Shown here piece after piece: positions 1 to 9,712 of a DNA stretch of 22,527 nucleotides. The notes beneath the pieces are model-generated. The model worked only from the letters and a program-made list of their open reading frames with translations, was not told where the DNA came from and searched no databases. Position numbers and translations under genes: made by a program. The DNA comes from Candidatus Micrarchaeia archaeon (GTDB lineage: Archaea; Micrarchaeota; Micrarchaeia; Anstonellales; Bilamarchaeaceae), in assembly GCA_046538155.1 (NCBI GenBank), contig JBKHJL010000018.1:1-22527 (forward strand). Reading direction: 5' to 3'. Each line of letters starts with the position of its first letter. Position 1 is the first letter of the stretch.

Positions 1-285
1 ATGTAGATACAGATACTGATACGGACAGTGATACCGATGTGGACACAGATACTGACACCGATACGGATACTGATGTTGACACCGATAGTGATACCGACAC
101 GGATACTGACACTGATACAGATGCGGACAGTGATACCGATGTGGACACAGATACTGACACCGATAGTGATACTGATGTTGACACAGATGTAGATACAGAT
201 ACTGATACAGACAGTGATACCGATGTGGACACAGATACTGACACCGATACGGATACTGATGTTGACACAGATGTGGATACTGATT
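1..285 (+). repeat. Degenerate hexamer repeat (GAY-ACN) encoding DT repeats
   Basis: Tandem gatact/gacacc/gataca/gatacg units read directly. Confidence 0.9.
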
Positions 286-1022
286 CCTGGACAGATATAG
301 AAGAGATGGGTTTTGCAATTGAAGGGGCAAAGATTGTGGTTGCAAAAGAAGATGCTTTTGACAATATTCCCATCAGTCAAGTTTCAGAACCCGAAAACTG
401 GCTATATGACCCGGAAGGATGGGGGGCGCAACTGGCCCTTATCAAAAACTGGGAACAATACGATCCTGCAAACATCTTACTGTACCATCCTGATGCGGGG
501 GATGAAGAGTTTGTGTTTAGCACACTCAAGCCGGGCCAGTGGATGACCAAAACTGTAGAATATCAATCTGAAGAACATGTGAAAAGCGTGCATGTATATT
601 ATACTTATGTTGCAGAAGACACTGCAGATGTTGCATTCGTAAAGCCCGTTTTGCTTGAAGATGGGGAGTATGTGGATATTGGGAATGGAGTAGAGGGAAT
701 TGCTTCAATTCTATGGGCAAATGAAGTTGCCGACAACCATTCAGACCCCCAGTACATAGCGGGAATAAAAATCGGGAATACGCTGGTGGAATGGGACACT
801 AATGGATTTTGGGGAACCGCGGTAGAGTACCAGGAAGGGAAGGGAATTCCGGTCTGCCCGAAAAACGAGGGCCATGGAATAACTGGAGATACGTTCCCGG
901 TGTGCGACCGCCTGGATACGATTCCTGTTGCCAGGATGTTTGTAAAAATTGGCAATGAGCCGTTTGTGGTGCTCGCATTGCTCCCGCCTGGCTCATTATA
1001 TGAAGGAGGAGTTGTGGAATAG
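3..1022 (+). CDS. Asp-Thr (DT) repeat protein, probably surface/secreted; 5' end lies outside the window
   Basis: Frame is open from the window edge (gta gat aca gat... = VDTDTD) to TAG at 1020-1022. About 95 aa of DT/DS/DV repeats precede a ~240-aa acidic domain I do not recognise. Confidence 0.8.
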   Translation, partial: VDTDTDTDSDTDVDTDTDTDTDTDVDTDSDTDTDTDTDTDADSDTDVDTDTDTDSDTDVDTDVDTDTDTDSDTDVDTDTDTDTDTDVDTDVDTDSWTDIEEMGFAIEGAKIVVAKEDAFDNIPISQVSEPENWLYDPEGWGAQLALIKNWEQYDPANILLYHPDAGDEEFVFSTLKPGQWMTKTVEYQSEEHVKSVHVYYTYVAEDTADVAFVKPVLLEDGEYVDIGNGVEGIASILWANEVADNHSDPQYIAGIKIGNTLVEWDTNGFWGTAVEYQEGKGIPVCPKNEGHGITGDTFPVCDRLDTIPVARMFVKIGNEPFVVLALLPPGSLYEGGVVE

Positions 1023-1024
1023 AA

Positions 1025-1825
1025 TTATGCCTTGGGCATCCTTCCCCTGGGCTTGGGAACCTTTATGTCCGGATACTGCTTGGAGAGCATTTCCCTGTGC
1101 GCATAAGGGCGCACGTTCATGGAAGAAAGTGCGGAAAACAGCAGGTATGTGTTCTCCAGGAGATTCCACCTCTTGTCAGGAAGGATTGAAAGAAGCTCCC
1201 CTACTGCAGAATAGGATTTGCGCTTTCCCTTTGTAAGCTTTTTTGCCTCGGTTTCCAGGGCAACCTGGTCAATCTGGGCAAAATCAAATGCCTTGCGCAC
1301 AAGGGTTTCATTTATTGCACAGAGAATTCCTGAAACTTCATAATCCTGGACATCTGGGGAAACAGACATTTTCTTTATGGCTACCCAACTCTTGTATTTT
1401 GCAAGGAGGGCAATTCTGTTTTTCGGATGGGTTGTTTCCATGGGGGCAGAAGAGTCCAGCATTTCCGGCTCAACAAGCACAGGAAGGGAATATTTGGAAA
1501 AAACCCTGTGGAAAAAATAAGCTTCTGCTGCAGGAACCAGCTTGGCCTTATCTCCCACGGCCTCTTTTAGCACAGAGCGGACTCCGGAGGAAGAAACGGC
1601 CTTAAGAGCATCTGAAGCAGTGCTTCCTTCCATGCCCTCAACAAAACTCTCAACCTTTTCCAGGGAAAAACCTGCATAAAGGAAACCCAGGGGGTTTGTT
1701 GTTCGGGAAATGGCGGCTGTGGCGCTGGAAACATCCTGCTCATCTGCAGAATCCAGATTATAATGATAGCCGTGCTTCTCCCCTTTGTAATCCATCTCAA
1801 ACCTTAATTCCTCAGGCATAATCAT
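1025..1825 (-). CDS. Hypothetical protein (~266 aa)
   Basis: Long ORF converging on ORF1. ATG at 1825 lies ~27 nt after a TTTATATT box (1860-1853). No family recognised. Confidence 0.7.
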   Translation of the reverse strand: MIMPEELRFEMDYKGEKHGYHYNLDSADEQDVSSATAAISRTTNPLGFLYAGFSLEKVESFVEGMEGSTASDALKAVSSSGVRSVLKEAVGDKAKLVPAAEAYFFHRVFSKYSLPVLVEPEMLDSSAPMETTHPKNRIALLAKYKSWVAIKKMSVSPDVQDYEVSGILCAINETLVRKAFDFAQIDQVALETEAKKLTKGKRKSYSAVGELLSILPDKRWNLLENTYLLFSALSSMNVRPYAHREMLSKQYPDIKVPKPRGRMPKA

Positions 1826-1994
1826 CAACTTCTTCTCTTGGGGCAGAAAAACAATATAAAGTTTTCTTAAATCCAGCTACTTCCCTTCCGGGGCAGCAAA
1901 CCCTCCCTGTCCCAGAGATGGTTCTCTGTATTGGAAGGGGGCCGAAAACCTGAAGTTCGTTGCAAAAAGTATATAAATAAGGTTGTGGGTAATT

Positions 1995-3269
1995 ATGCGC
2001 ATGGGAGTAACAAGGGCCCTGGGCAAAAAAGACCTCATGCTAAGGCTCAGGAATGCAGGGAAGCTTAGGGCGCAAATGGCCAGAATAAGATTTTCTTCAA
2101 GGAGGACAATCAGCGAAAGGGCCAGGAAAAGAGGTTCTGTGCCTAACTCAGTGCCTTCGCTTACAGGGATTGACTCCAGGGGCTGCTACATCAAAATCAG
2201 CAGGGGGCAGGACCTGAAGCTGGAATTCCTCAATAGCGGGCTCGTGCTCATGGGAACAGGGCTGGAAAAGGGCTGGGCAGGAAAAAGAATTGTGGGGGGC
2301 GTGCCGCAAAGAAAAAGCACACTTGACATTTACAGCGCAACAAGGAGGGTAATCCACATACAGGAGGGCCTGGAAAGAGGAAGGATATGGAGGGATGAAG
2401 CGCTCCCGGAAATTGAAAAAATAAATTCAAACCTTTACACTCTATGGGACTGGGGTTCTCCATTGTGGTTATATTCATACCGCAGGGTAATTGACTCAAT
2501 TAAAGGTGCCTTGGAAAATACTATCAACCCGCTGAAAAAAGAGGCGGAGGAGATGCTTGGAAAGGCTTCCGGACTCCTTGGCAAAGTATATACTTCACCA
2601 AACCTGTCTGAAAAAAGAAGATGGGCTGGTTCCGCGTGCTCATGCCTCACTGCATTCAGGAACAGGATTGGGCCGTGGAGGGATGTACAGGTAGAAGGAA
2701 TGATTGCCTACAACAAGATGCGGGAAAGATACCTGAGGGCTGAAAGAGACTGGAGAGCCTACAGCATGCTCAAGAGGCTGGTGGCTGTTTATTCCAGAGA
2801 AAAGAGGTGGCCAATACTGGGCAGGGACATGAAAGACCTGAGGTATGCTGCAAGGATGGAAGAACTGGCATCATCAAGTGAAAAGCGCAGGAAAAAGGCG
2901 GAAGCAATTGCCGAACTTGCAAATGAGATGGAGGCAAACAGGTACGGCCGGAGGGGGAGAGGATTTGACTTGGATCTCCTAGATGAAGCAAAAGAATGCT
3001 ACTTGCTGGGGAAAAATGAAACAGGAAGAAAGCTCCTCAGGAGGGGTAAGCTGGTGCTTGAGCTGAACAAGCCGGGGTTTGTTGCGGAACAACTGGAGCA
3101 GGCTGAACCCTATATGCAGCCCATTGCAGAAAAAATTGGCGAAGGTTCAGGGTACCTTGAACAGATTGATTCTCTCCCGAGAAAGGGGCCGAAAAGGGAA
3201 GAGGCACTTGGGGCAGCAGTAAGTTGCTTTAAGGGAGCACTGGAAGAGATGGAAGCGATAAACCGCTGA
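1995..3269 (+). CDS. Hypothetical basic, probably alpha-helical protein (~424 aa)
   Basis: Long ORF with host-like codon usage. TATATAAA at 1971-1978. Start could be ATG 1995 or 2001. No family recognised. Confidence 0.75.
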   Translation: MRMGVTRALGKKDLMLRLRNAGKLRAQMARIRFSSRRTISERARKRGSVPNSVPSLTGIDSRGCYIKISRGQDLKLEFLNSGLVLMGTGLEKGWAGKRIVGGVPQRKSTLDIYSATRRVIHIQEGLERGRIWRDEALPEIEKINSNLYTLWDWGSPLWLYSYRRVIDSIKGALENTINPLKKEAEEMLGKASGLLGKVYTSPNLSEKRRWAGSACSCLTAFRNRIGPWRDVQVEGMIAYNKMRERYLRAERDWRAYSMLKRLVAVYSREKRWPILGRDMKDLRYAARMEELASSSEKRRKKAEAIAELANEMEANRYGRRGRGFDLDLLDEAKECYLLGKNETGRKLLRRGKLVLELNKPGFVAEQLEQAEPYMQPIAEKIGEGSGYLEQIDSLPRKGPKREEALGAAVSCFKGALEEMEAINR

Positions 3270-3277
3270 AACAGCTT

Positions 3278-3285
3278 TTTAAAAA
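3278..3285 (+). promoter_or_regulatory. TATA box for tRNA-Thr
   Basis: TTTAAAAA 25 nt upstream of the tRNA 5' end. Confidence 0.5.
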
Positions 3286-3310
3286 TTGTGTACCTAAAGA
3301 AAAGAACCAC

Positions 3311-3385
3311 GCCTCCTTAGCTCAGCCTGGCTAGAGCGCTCGCCTTGTAAGCGAGAGGCCGGGGTTTCAAATACCCCAGGGGGCT
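3311..3385 (+). tRNA. tRNA-Thr(UGU), intronless, CCA not encoded
   Basis: Acceptor stem GCCTCCT/AGGGGGC, D stem GCTC/GAGC, anticodon stem CTCGC/GCGAG with loop CT-TGT-AA, T stem GGGGT/ACCCC with loop TTCAAAT. Confidence 0.95.
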
Positions 3386-3432
3386 TGCCTGTTTTTCAGG
3401 GAATTGGGAAACCCAGACGTAATTCTCCTGTA

Positions 3433-3440
3433 TTTATAAA
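3433..3440 (+). promoter_or_regulatory. TATA box for topA
   Basis: TTTATAAA 26 nt upstream of ATG 3467 (leaderless-type spacing). Confidence 0.55.
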
Positions 3441-3466
3441 TTGTTCTGCCAGTTAAAGCTGAAAAC

Positions 3467-5509
3467 ATGGAACTGATTGTGGCGGAGAAGCCCAAGGTGG
3501 CCCATACAATCGCAAAGGCGCTTGGTGGTTCAACAGTAAGCAGGAAACAGTACAGTAATATAGGATATTATGAGTGTAAAAAAGACGGAAAGGAAATTGC
3601 AGTTGCCCCTGCTGTAGGCCACCTCTTCAACCTTGCGGAAAAAAAGAAAAGCAGGGAATACCCTGTATTTGACATTGAATGGAAACCTTCTTATGAAATC
3701 TCAAAAAATGCGGCATTCACAAGGCCTTATGTGAACCTGCTTAAATCATTGGGAAAAAAAGCGGATGTATGCACGGTTGCCTGCGATTATGACATTGAAG
3801 GAAGCGTAATTGGATACAATGTGTACCGGTTCTGCTACGGAAAAGAAAGGGGAAAACGGATGAAATTCTCCTCGCTTGTGCAGGGAGAGCTGAAGGAAGC
3901 GTATGAAAATGCATCTCCGGAACTAGACTTCAACAACTCATACGCAGGAGAAACAAGGCACATTCTGGACTGGTTTTACGGAATAAACCTGAGCAGGGCG
4001 CTGATGAGCTCACTCAAAAAAGCAGGGGGATTCAGGACGATGAGCATAGGGCGGGTGCAGGGACCTGCGCTGAACATACTTTCCCAGAGGGAAAAGGCAA
4101 TACTGGATTTTGTTTCCAGGGATTACTGGGAAGTGAAAATATGGTTAAGGGGCGTGGAATTCCTCCATGAAAACGAAAAATTCATGGATGAAGAGAAGGC
4201 AAAAAAAGCGCATGCCGCAATAGAGGGGCAGGCAGTTATTGAAAAAGTGGAAAAAAGAGAGAGGAAAATATGGCCCTACCCCCCGTTTGACCTGACCTCT
4301 CTGCAACTTGAAGCGCACAAATGCTTCGGGATCTCCCCCTCGCAAACCCTGGCAATTGCCCAGACCCTCTACGAAAACTCGCTTATCTCATATCCAAGAA
4401 CATCCTCACAGAAACTTCCCCCAAACCTGGGGCTGAAAAAAATAATCTCCAAGCTTGCCGGGACAAAGGAATATAAAGAAAGGGCAGAAAAACTGCTGGA
4501 ACGGGGATGGTTCAGGCCATTCCAGGGAAAAAAGGAAGACCCTGCACACCCTGCAATACACCCAACCGGCCTCCAGAAGCAAATAAGCGGAAACGAGAAA
4601 AAAATATATGATTTGGTTGCAAGCAGGTTCCTTGCGGTTTTCGCCCCGGCCGCAGAAGCAGAATCAACAAAACTGGTGGCGGAAACAGGGGGAGAAAAAT
4701 TCAGGGCATCGGGAGAAAGAATAACGGAAAGGAACTGGATTGCATTTTACCCATATTATAAAGGAAAAGAAGTGCAGCTTCCGGAATTTAAAGAGGGGAA
4801 AGAAGAGGAAATTGAAAATAAGAGCAAGACAAAGAAAAAAACGAAGCCCCCCAGGAGATATACTCCCGCGAGCATAATATATGAACTTGAAAAGCACAAG
4901 CTCGGCACAAAAGCAACCCGCTCCACAATAGTGGACACGCTGTTCAAAAGGCATTATGTGATGGAAAAAAGCATCCAGGTCACTGAATTTGGAATGAACG
5001 TATGGAAGGTGCTTGGAGAATATTCGCCAAAAATCCTTGACGCGGAACTTACCCGCAAAATAGAGGAAGATATGGACAAAATAGCGGACGGGAAGCTGGA
5101 AAAAGAAACAGTGGTGGAGGAAGGCAAAGAAATCCTTGTGGAAATACTGGATGATTTCCGGAAAAATGAAGAAAAAATAGGAAAGGCCCTGCTGGAATCC
5201 ATGAAAAAAACAGAGCATGAACAGAACAACCTCGGGACCTGCCCAAAATGCGGGGGAACGCTTAGGATTATACGCCTCAGGGGAGGAAAGCAGTTTGTGG
5301 GCTGTTCCGGCTATCCGGAATGCAGAAATGCATACCCCCTGCCCACCGGGGCATATGTAACGCCCACAAAAAAAACCTGCAAGGAATGTGGCACCCGAAT
5401 AGTCAAAGTGAGAAGGGGAAAAACATTTTTTGAGATGTGCCTGGACACAAAATGCAAAACAAAAGAGAATTGGGGAAAAGCAAAAGAGGGGAAAGATAAG
5501 AATAAATAA
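3467..5509 (+). CDS. topA: DNA topoisomerase I (type IA)
   Basis: TOPRIM motifs LIVAEKP and ACDYDIEG, SIGRVQ, catalytic ISYPRT, AHPAIHPT, LGTKATR, and C-terminal C4 zinc ribbons. Confidence 0.97.
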   Translation: MELIVAEKPKVAHTIAKALGGSTVSRKQYSNIGYYECKKDGKEIAVAPAVGHLFNLAEKKKSREYPVFDIEWKPSYEISKNAAFTRPYVNLLKSLGKKADVCTVACDYDIEGSVIGYNVYRFCYGKERGKRMKFSSLVQGELKEAYENASPELDFNNSYAGETRHILDWFYGINLSRALMSSLKKAGGFRTMSIGRVQGPALNILSQREKAILDFVSRDYWEVKIWLRGVEFLHENEKFMDEEKAKKAHAAIEGQAVIEKVEKRERKIWPYPPFDLTSLQLEAHKCFGISPSQTLAIAQTLYENSLISYPRTSSQKLPPNLGLKKIISKLAGTKEYKERAEKLLERGWFRPFQGKKEDPAHPAIHPTGLQKQISGNEKKIYDLVASRFLAVFAPAAEAESTKLVAETGGEKFRASGERITERNWIAFYPYYKGKEVQLPEFKEGKEEEIENKSKTKKKTKPPRRYTPASIIYELEKHKLGTKATRSTIVDTLFKRHYVMEKSIQVTEFGMNVWKVLGEYSPKILDAELTRKIEEDMDKIADGKLEKETVVEEGKEILVEILDDFRKNEEKIGKALLESMKKTEHEQNNLGTCPKCGGTLRIIRLRGGKQFVGCSGYPECRNAYPLPTGAYVTPTKKTCKECGTRIVKVRRGKTFFEMCLDTKCKTKENWGKAKEGKDKNK

Positions 5510-5542
5510 GGGGAGTGCAATAAAAAACCGGAGGAAGGGCAA

Positions 5543-6739
5543 ATGAAATATTATGACCAGATTGAGCTGAAGGGAAAACGCGTTGTAAAAAGAGTTGACA
5601 TAAACTCACCCGTGACAGATGAAGGGATAGCAATAAACCCAAGGCTGGAGAGGCACGGGGAGAGCATAAGGATTCTCAGTGACAGGGGTGCAAAGGTAAT
5701 TGTGATTGCACACCAGGGTAGGAAGGGAAAAAAAGATTTTGTGAGCCTCAGGGAACATGCACTGCTGCTGGAAATGATAACAAGGAAAAAAGTAGAATTC
5801 CTTGAGAGCATGGAACCGGAAAAGGTGCGGGAAAAAATAAACAACATGAAAGAAGGGGACATACTGCTTCTGGAAAACGTGAGAATGTGGGGAGGGGAGG
5901 AAGTAGAGGGAGAAAAAGGAGCACTGGTGGAAATCCTTGGGCCGCTCACAGATGTTTTTGTCCTGGATGCACTCAGCGTATCCCATCGCGCACACTCCTC
6001 AGTGGTGGGGCTTACGGAACATGCGGTAAGCGTGGCCGGGCCGGTTTTAAGAAGCGAAGTAAAGGCGCTTGAAAACATCGGGGAAGGTGAACTAACCCTT
6101 GTTCTGGGAGGGGGGAAAGCAAAAGATTCCCTGCAAATAATGGAAAAATGGCTGGAATGCGGGAAAGCAAGGAAAGTGCTTCTTGGGGGTGCAATCTCTG
6201 TGCTGTTCCTCCACGCTTCAGGGAAAAATGTAGGGGGTTCCATCAAATACCTGGAAGAGAACGGGCTGCTGGAATATTCAGAAAAAGCAAAAGAGCTCCT
6301 GGAAAAATATCCGGATAAGATACTGCTTCCTGAAGATGTGGGGCTGGAAATTGAAGGAAAACGGGTTGAGGCAGAATCAGGAGAGGTGAAGGGGGGGCGG
6401 ATTCTGGACATAGGGGAAAAAACCATGGAAAAATATGCAGCGGAAATAATTTCTGCAAAAAGAATCCTAATAAACGGTCCCATGGGAGTATATGAAAAAG
6501 AAGGATTCGGAAAGGGCACCAGGAAAGTGCTGGGTGCAGTTGCGGAAAGCGAAGCATTCTCCTTGGTGGGCGGGGGCCACACAATAACTGCGATAAAGGA
6601 CTTGGGGCTCCCTGAAGATAAATTCAGCTACATAAGCCTTTCAGGAAAGGCGCTGATACAGTACCTGAGCGGAAAGGAACTCCCCGCAATTCTTGCACTT
6701 AAGAAAAACCGGGCAGATATGGAAAGGGGAAAGGATTAA
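5543..6739 (+). CDS. pgk: Phosphoglycerate kinase
   Basis: Motifs RVDINSP, AHQGR, LLENVR, SHRAHSS, VLGGGK, DIGEKT, NGPMGVYE, GGGHT. Confidence 0.95.
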   Translation: MKYYDQIELKGKRVVKRVDINSPVTDEGIAINPRLERHGESIRILSDRGAKVIVIAHQGRKGKKDFVSLREHALLLEMITRKKVEFLESMEPEKVREKINNMKEGDILLLENVRMWGGEEVEGEKGALVEILGPLTDVFVLDALSVSHRAHSSVVGLTEHAVSVAGPVLRSEVKALENIGEGELTLVLGGGKAKDSLQIMEKWLECGKARKVLLGGAISVLFLHASGKNVGGSIKYLEENGLLEYSEKAKELLEKYPDKILLPEDVGLEIEGKRVEAESGEVKGGRILDIGEKTMEKYAAEIISAKRILINGPMGVYEKEGFGKGTRKVLGAVAESEAFSLVGGGHTITAIKDLGLPEDKFSYISLSGKALIQYLSGKELPAILALKKNRADMERGKD

Positions 6740-6762
6740 ATAGTATTTGAAGATATTCCGGC

Positions 6763-8205
6763 ATGGCTGCAAAAAAATCCGCCCGGAAAAAAGAGAATTC
6801 CGGGAAACATAAGCTTGGGATATTTGTTCTTGCAATGATGACCTTTGCCGCGATTGCGAGCCTCAGGGGGCTTCCCTCAATGGCGGAATATGGGTTGTCA
6901 TCTGCTTTCTTTTTTGTGCTTGTTGCAATAATATTCTTTATTCCAGTATCCCTGGTCTCCGCAGAACTTGCGACCGGATGGCCAAAAAGTGGAGGAGTAT
7001 ACTCCTGGATAAAAGAGGCATTCGGACAGAGATGGGGCTTCCTTGCAATCTGGCTTCAATGGATACAGAATGTGGTCTGGTATCCTACTGTGCTCTCCTT
7101 TGCAGCAGGAGCACTTGCATACGTTTTCAACCCTGCGCTTGCAAATGAGCCCATCTATATCTTCGGAGTGATCGTTGCTGTATACTGGGGTGCAACACTT
7201 GCAGCATTCCGGGGCATGAAACTTTCCGGAACCATCACCAGCTTCGGGGCAATGGCAGGGACAATACTTCCAGGAATCCTGATAATCCTGCTGGGAGCAT
7301 TCTGGATATTCTCAGGAAACACGAGCCAGATAGACTTTTCATTCGGAGAACTGGTTCCCCCAGACATAACTAACCTGAGCACAATAGTGTTTGCCGCGAG
7401 CATACTGCTCTTCTTCTCGGGAATGGAAGTGTCTGCAGTGCATGCAAAAGAGGTAAAAAACCCGCGGGAAAACTACCCAAAAGCAATACTTATTGCAGCT
7501 GCACTTACCCTTGGAATATTCATACTTGGAACAATTTCCATTGCAGTGGTAGTCCCCCAGGAAAAAATCAGCCTTGTTGCAGGAGTAATGCAGGCATTTG
7601 AATCCTTCTTCACTGTTTACGGAATAGAATGGATGGTTCCGATAATTGGGGTGCTGATTGTGTTTGGTGCAATCGGGCAGGTAAGCGCATGGATTGTGGG
7701 GCCCAGCAAGGGAATGCTGGAAACCGCAAAGGAAGGCACGCTCCCTCCTCTGCTCCAGCAAACAAACAAGCAGGGGGTGGCAACTCATGTGATGATTGTG
7801 CAGGGAGTAATTGTTACCCTGCTGGCTTCTACTTTCCTATGGATGCCCCAGGACGTTTCAAGCACATTCTGGCTGCTTACTGCGCTCACTGCGCAGCTTT
7901 ACCTGATTATGTATGCAATGCTTTTTGCGGCAGGAATAAAACTGAGATACTCAAAACCAAATGTCAAGCGACCGTATAAGCTCCCGGGGGGAATGGCAGG
8001 AATGTGGCTGATTGCCGGGATTGGGGCGCTTGCATGCATTTCTGCAATCGGGCTGGGATTCATACCCCCTGCAGAACTCAAAATAGGTACCCCTCTCTTT
8101 TATGATGGGTTCCTTGCTGCGGGGATACTGGTATTGGGCGGGGCTCCCCTGCTGATTTACCAGTTCAAGAATCCGGATTGGAAAAAAGCCGCAGTAAAAA
8201 GGTGA
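6763..8205 (+). CDS. gadC: Glutamate/GABA antiporter (APC family)
   Basis: About 12 hydrophobic segments. Motifs [38 protein letters not shown]. Lies 4 nt upstream of a glutamate decarboxylase gene. Confidence 0.88.
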   Translation: MAAKKSARKKENSGKHKLGIFVLAMMTFAAIASLRGLPSMAEYGLSSAFFFVLVAIIFFIPVSLVSAELATGWPKSGGVYSWIKEAFGQRWGFLAIWLQWIQNVVWYPTVLSFAAGALAYVFNPALANEPIYIFGVIVAVYWGATLAAFRGMKLSGTITSFGAMAGTILPGILIILLGAFWIFSGNTSQIDFSFGELVPPDITNLSTIVFAASILLFFSGMEVSAVHAKEVKNPRENYPKAILIAAALTLGIFILGTISIAVVVPQEKISLVAGVMQAFESFFTVYGIEWMVPIIGVLIVFGAIGQVSAWIVGPSKGMLETAKEGTLPPLLQQTNKQGVATHVMIVQGVIVTLLASTFLWMPQDVSSTFWLLTALTAQLYLIMYAMLFAAGIKLRYSKPNVKRPYKLPGGMAGMWLIAGIGALACISAIGLGFIPPAELKIGTPLFYDGFLAAGILVLGGAPLLIYQFKNPDWKKAAVKR

Positions 8206-8209
8206 AAAA

Positions 8210-9610
8210 ATGGTATCTGAAAAAGTAAAAACCAGAAAATCAGGAAAATATTACAGTGGGCATGTGAGCACCTACTCTGACAGGTACATGGACAAAGAAA
8301 TACCAAAGTATGAAATGCCCAAGGAAGGGATGCCTGCAAACGCGGCATACCAGCTGGTACATGATGAAACTAATCTGGATGGGAACCCTTCGCTTAATCT
8401 TGCGAGCTTTGTAACAACCTGGATGGAGCCCGAGGCAGACCGGCTGATGATGGAAAGCCTGAACAAGAATTTCATTGACCATGATGAATATCCGCAGACC
8501 GAAGTGATTCACCAGCGGGTGGTGAACATGCTGGGAAGGCTATTCAACGCCCCAAAACAGAAAGAATTCATTGGAACAGGAACTATCGGTTCTTCCGAAG
8601 CAATTATGCTCGGCCTGCTTGCACACAAATTCTCCTGGAGAAACAGAATGAAGAAAAAGGGGAAAAAATATGATAAGCCGAACATTGTGATGGGAGCAGA
8701 TGTGCATACAGTCTGGGACAAGTTTGCAAGATACTTTGATGTGGAGCCCAGAATAATCCCCATGGAGCCCGGAAGGTATACAATAGGGCCAAAAGAAGTT
8801 GAAAAATACATTGATGAAAATACAATATGTGTAGGGGCAATACTGGGCACAACATTTACAGGGCAGGCAGATGACATTGAGGGAATAAACCGGCTTCTGC
8901 TTAAAATAAAGAAAAAGAAAGGCTGGGACATTCCCATACATGTGGACGGGGCAAGCGGAGGATTTGTAGCCCCTTTTGTGCACAAAAAGCTGAAATGGGA
9001 TTTCCGGCTTGAACAAGTCAAAACCATCAATGTGTCAGGGCACAAGTACGGGCTTGTGTACCCCGGGCTGGGGTGGCTGCTTTTCCGGGACAGGAGTGCC
9101 CTTCCGGATGACATTGTGTTCAAAGTTAACTACCTTGGGGGGGAGATGCCGACTTATACGCTGAACTTCTCCAGGGGAAGTGCAACCGTGCTCGCCCAGT
9201 ACTACAACATGATACGGCTTGGAAAGGACGGATATACCCGGATTATGAAAAACTCCATGGGCAATGCACAGCACCTGGCAAACCAGATCAAAAAAACAGG
9301 GAAGTTTGAGATGCTGAGCGTTGCCCAGGTAATCCCTGTGGTCACTTTCCAGCTGAAAGGAAGCCCGGGCTTCACAGTATATGACCTTTCCAAAAAGCTC
9401 AGGGAAAGAGGCTGGATTGTGCCAGCATACACGCTTCCAAAAGATGCAGACAAAATAGCTATACTGCGTGTAGTAGTAAAAGAGAACTTCAGCAGAGACA
9501 TGGCAGACATCTTCTTTGAGGATTTGATAAATGCTTACAATGCCCTGAAAAAGACAAAGCCAAAAAAGGAAAAACAAAGGAAGCAGAAGGCTGAAAAGCG
9601 CATCTGCTGA
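8210..9610 (+). CDS. gadB: Glutamate decarboxylase (PLP-dependent, group II)
   Basis: Motifs [38 protein letters not shown] lysine in [17 protein letters not shown]. Confidence 0.95.
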   Translation: MVSEKVKTRKSGKYYSGHVSTYSDRYMDKEIPKYEMPKEGMPANAAYQLVHDETNLDGNPSLNLASFVTTWMEPEADRLMMESLNKNFIDHDEYPQTEVIHQRVVNMLGRLFNAPKQKEFIGTGTIGSSEAIMLGLLAHKFSWRNRMKKKGKKYDKPNIVMGADVHTVWDKFARYFDVEPRIIPMEPGRYTIGPKEVEKYIDENTICVGAILGTTFTGQADDIEGINRLLLKIKKKKGWDIPIHVDGASGGFVAPFVHKKLKWDFRLEQVKTINVSGHKYGLVYPGLGWLLFRDRSALPDDIVFKVNYLGGEMPTYTLNFSRGSATVLAQYYNMIRLGKDGYTRIMKNSMGNAQHLANQIKKTGKFEMLSVAQVIPVVTFQLKGSPGFTVYDLSKKLRERGWIVPAYTLPKDADKIAILRVVVKENFSRDMADIFFEDLINAYNALKKTKPKKEKQRKQKAEKRIC

Positions 9611-9649
9611 TGCCGCTTCCTTCTTATCTTCTTCTTTTCATATTTATTC

Positions 9650-9712
9650 GGATGATGAACTCTAAAAATTGCTGAGGCTTCGGCCCATGATGAATATCTT
9701 GAGTACTGAAAG
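9650..9712 (+). ncRNA. Box C/D methylation-guide sRNA
   Basis: Canonical order and spacing: C box ATGATGA 9652-9658, 13-nt guide, D' CTGA 9672-9675, GGC-TTCG-GCC hairpin, C' ATGATGA 9687-9693, 12-nt guide, D CTGA 9706-9709. Confidence 0.75.

Noticed and set aside
1912..1960. Fluoride riboswitch (AGAGATGG..TCTCT)
   Set aside because: Lacks the downstream CTGATGA and pseudoknot partner. No crcB-type gene nearby.
3311..3385. tRNA as integration site of an island
   Set aside because: I found no duplicated tRNA 3' end and no integrase in the window.
4664..6582. Long antisense ORFs (292 aa and 343 aa) and other shadow ORFs
   Set aside because: They lie opposite well-supported genes, with Phe/Ser-rich composition typical of antisense frames.
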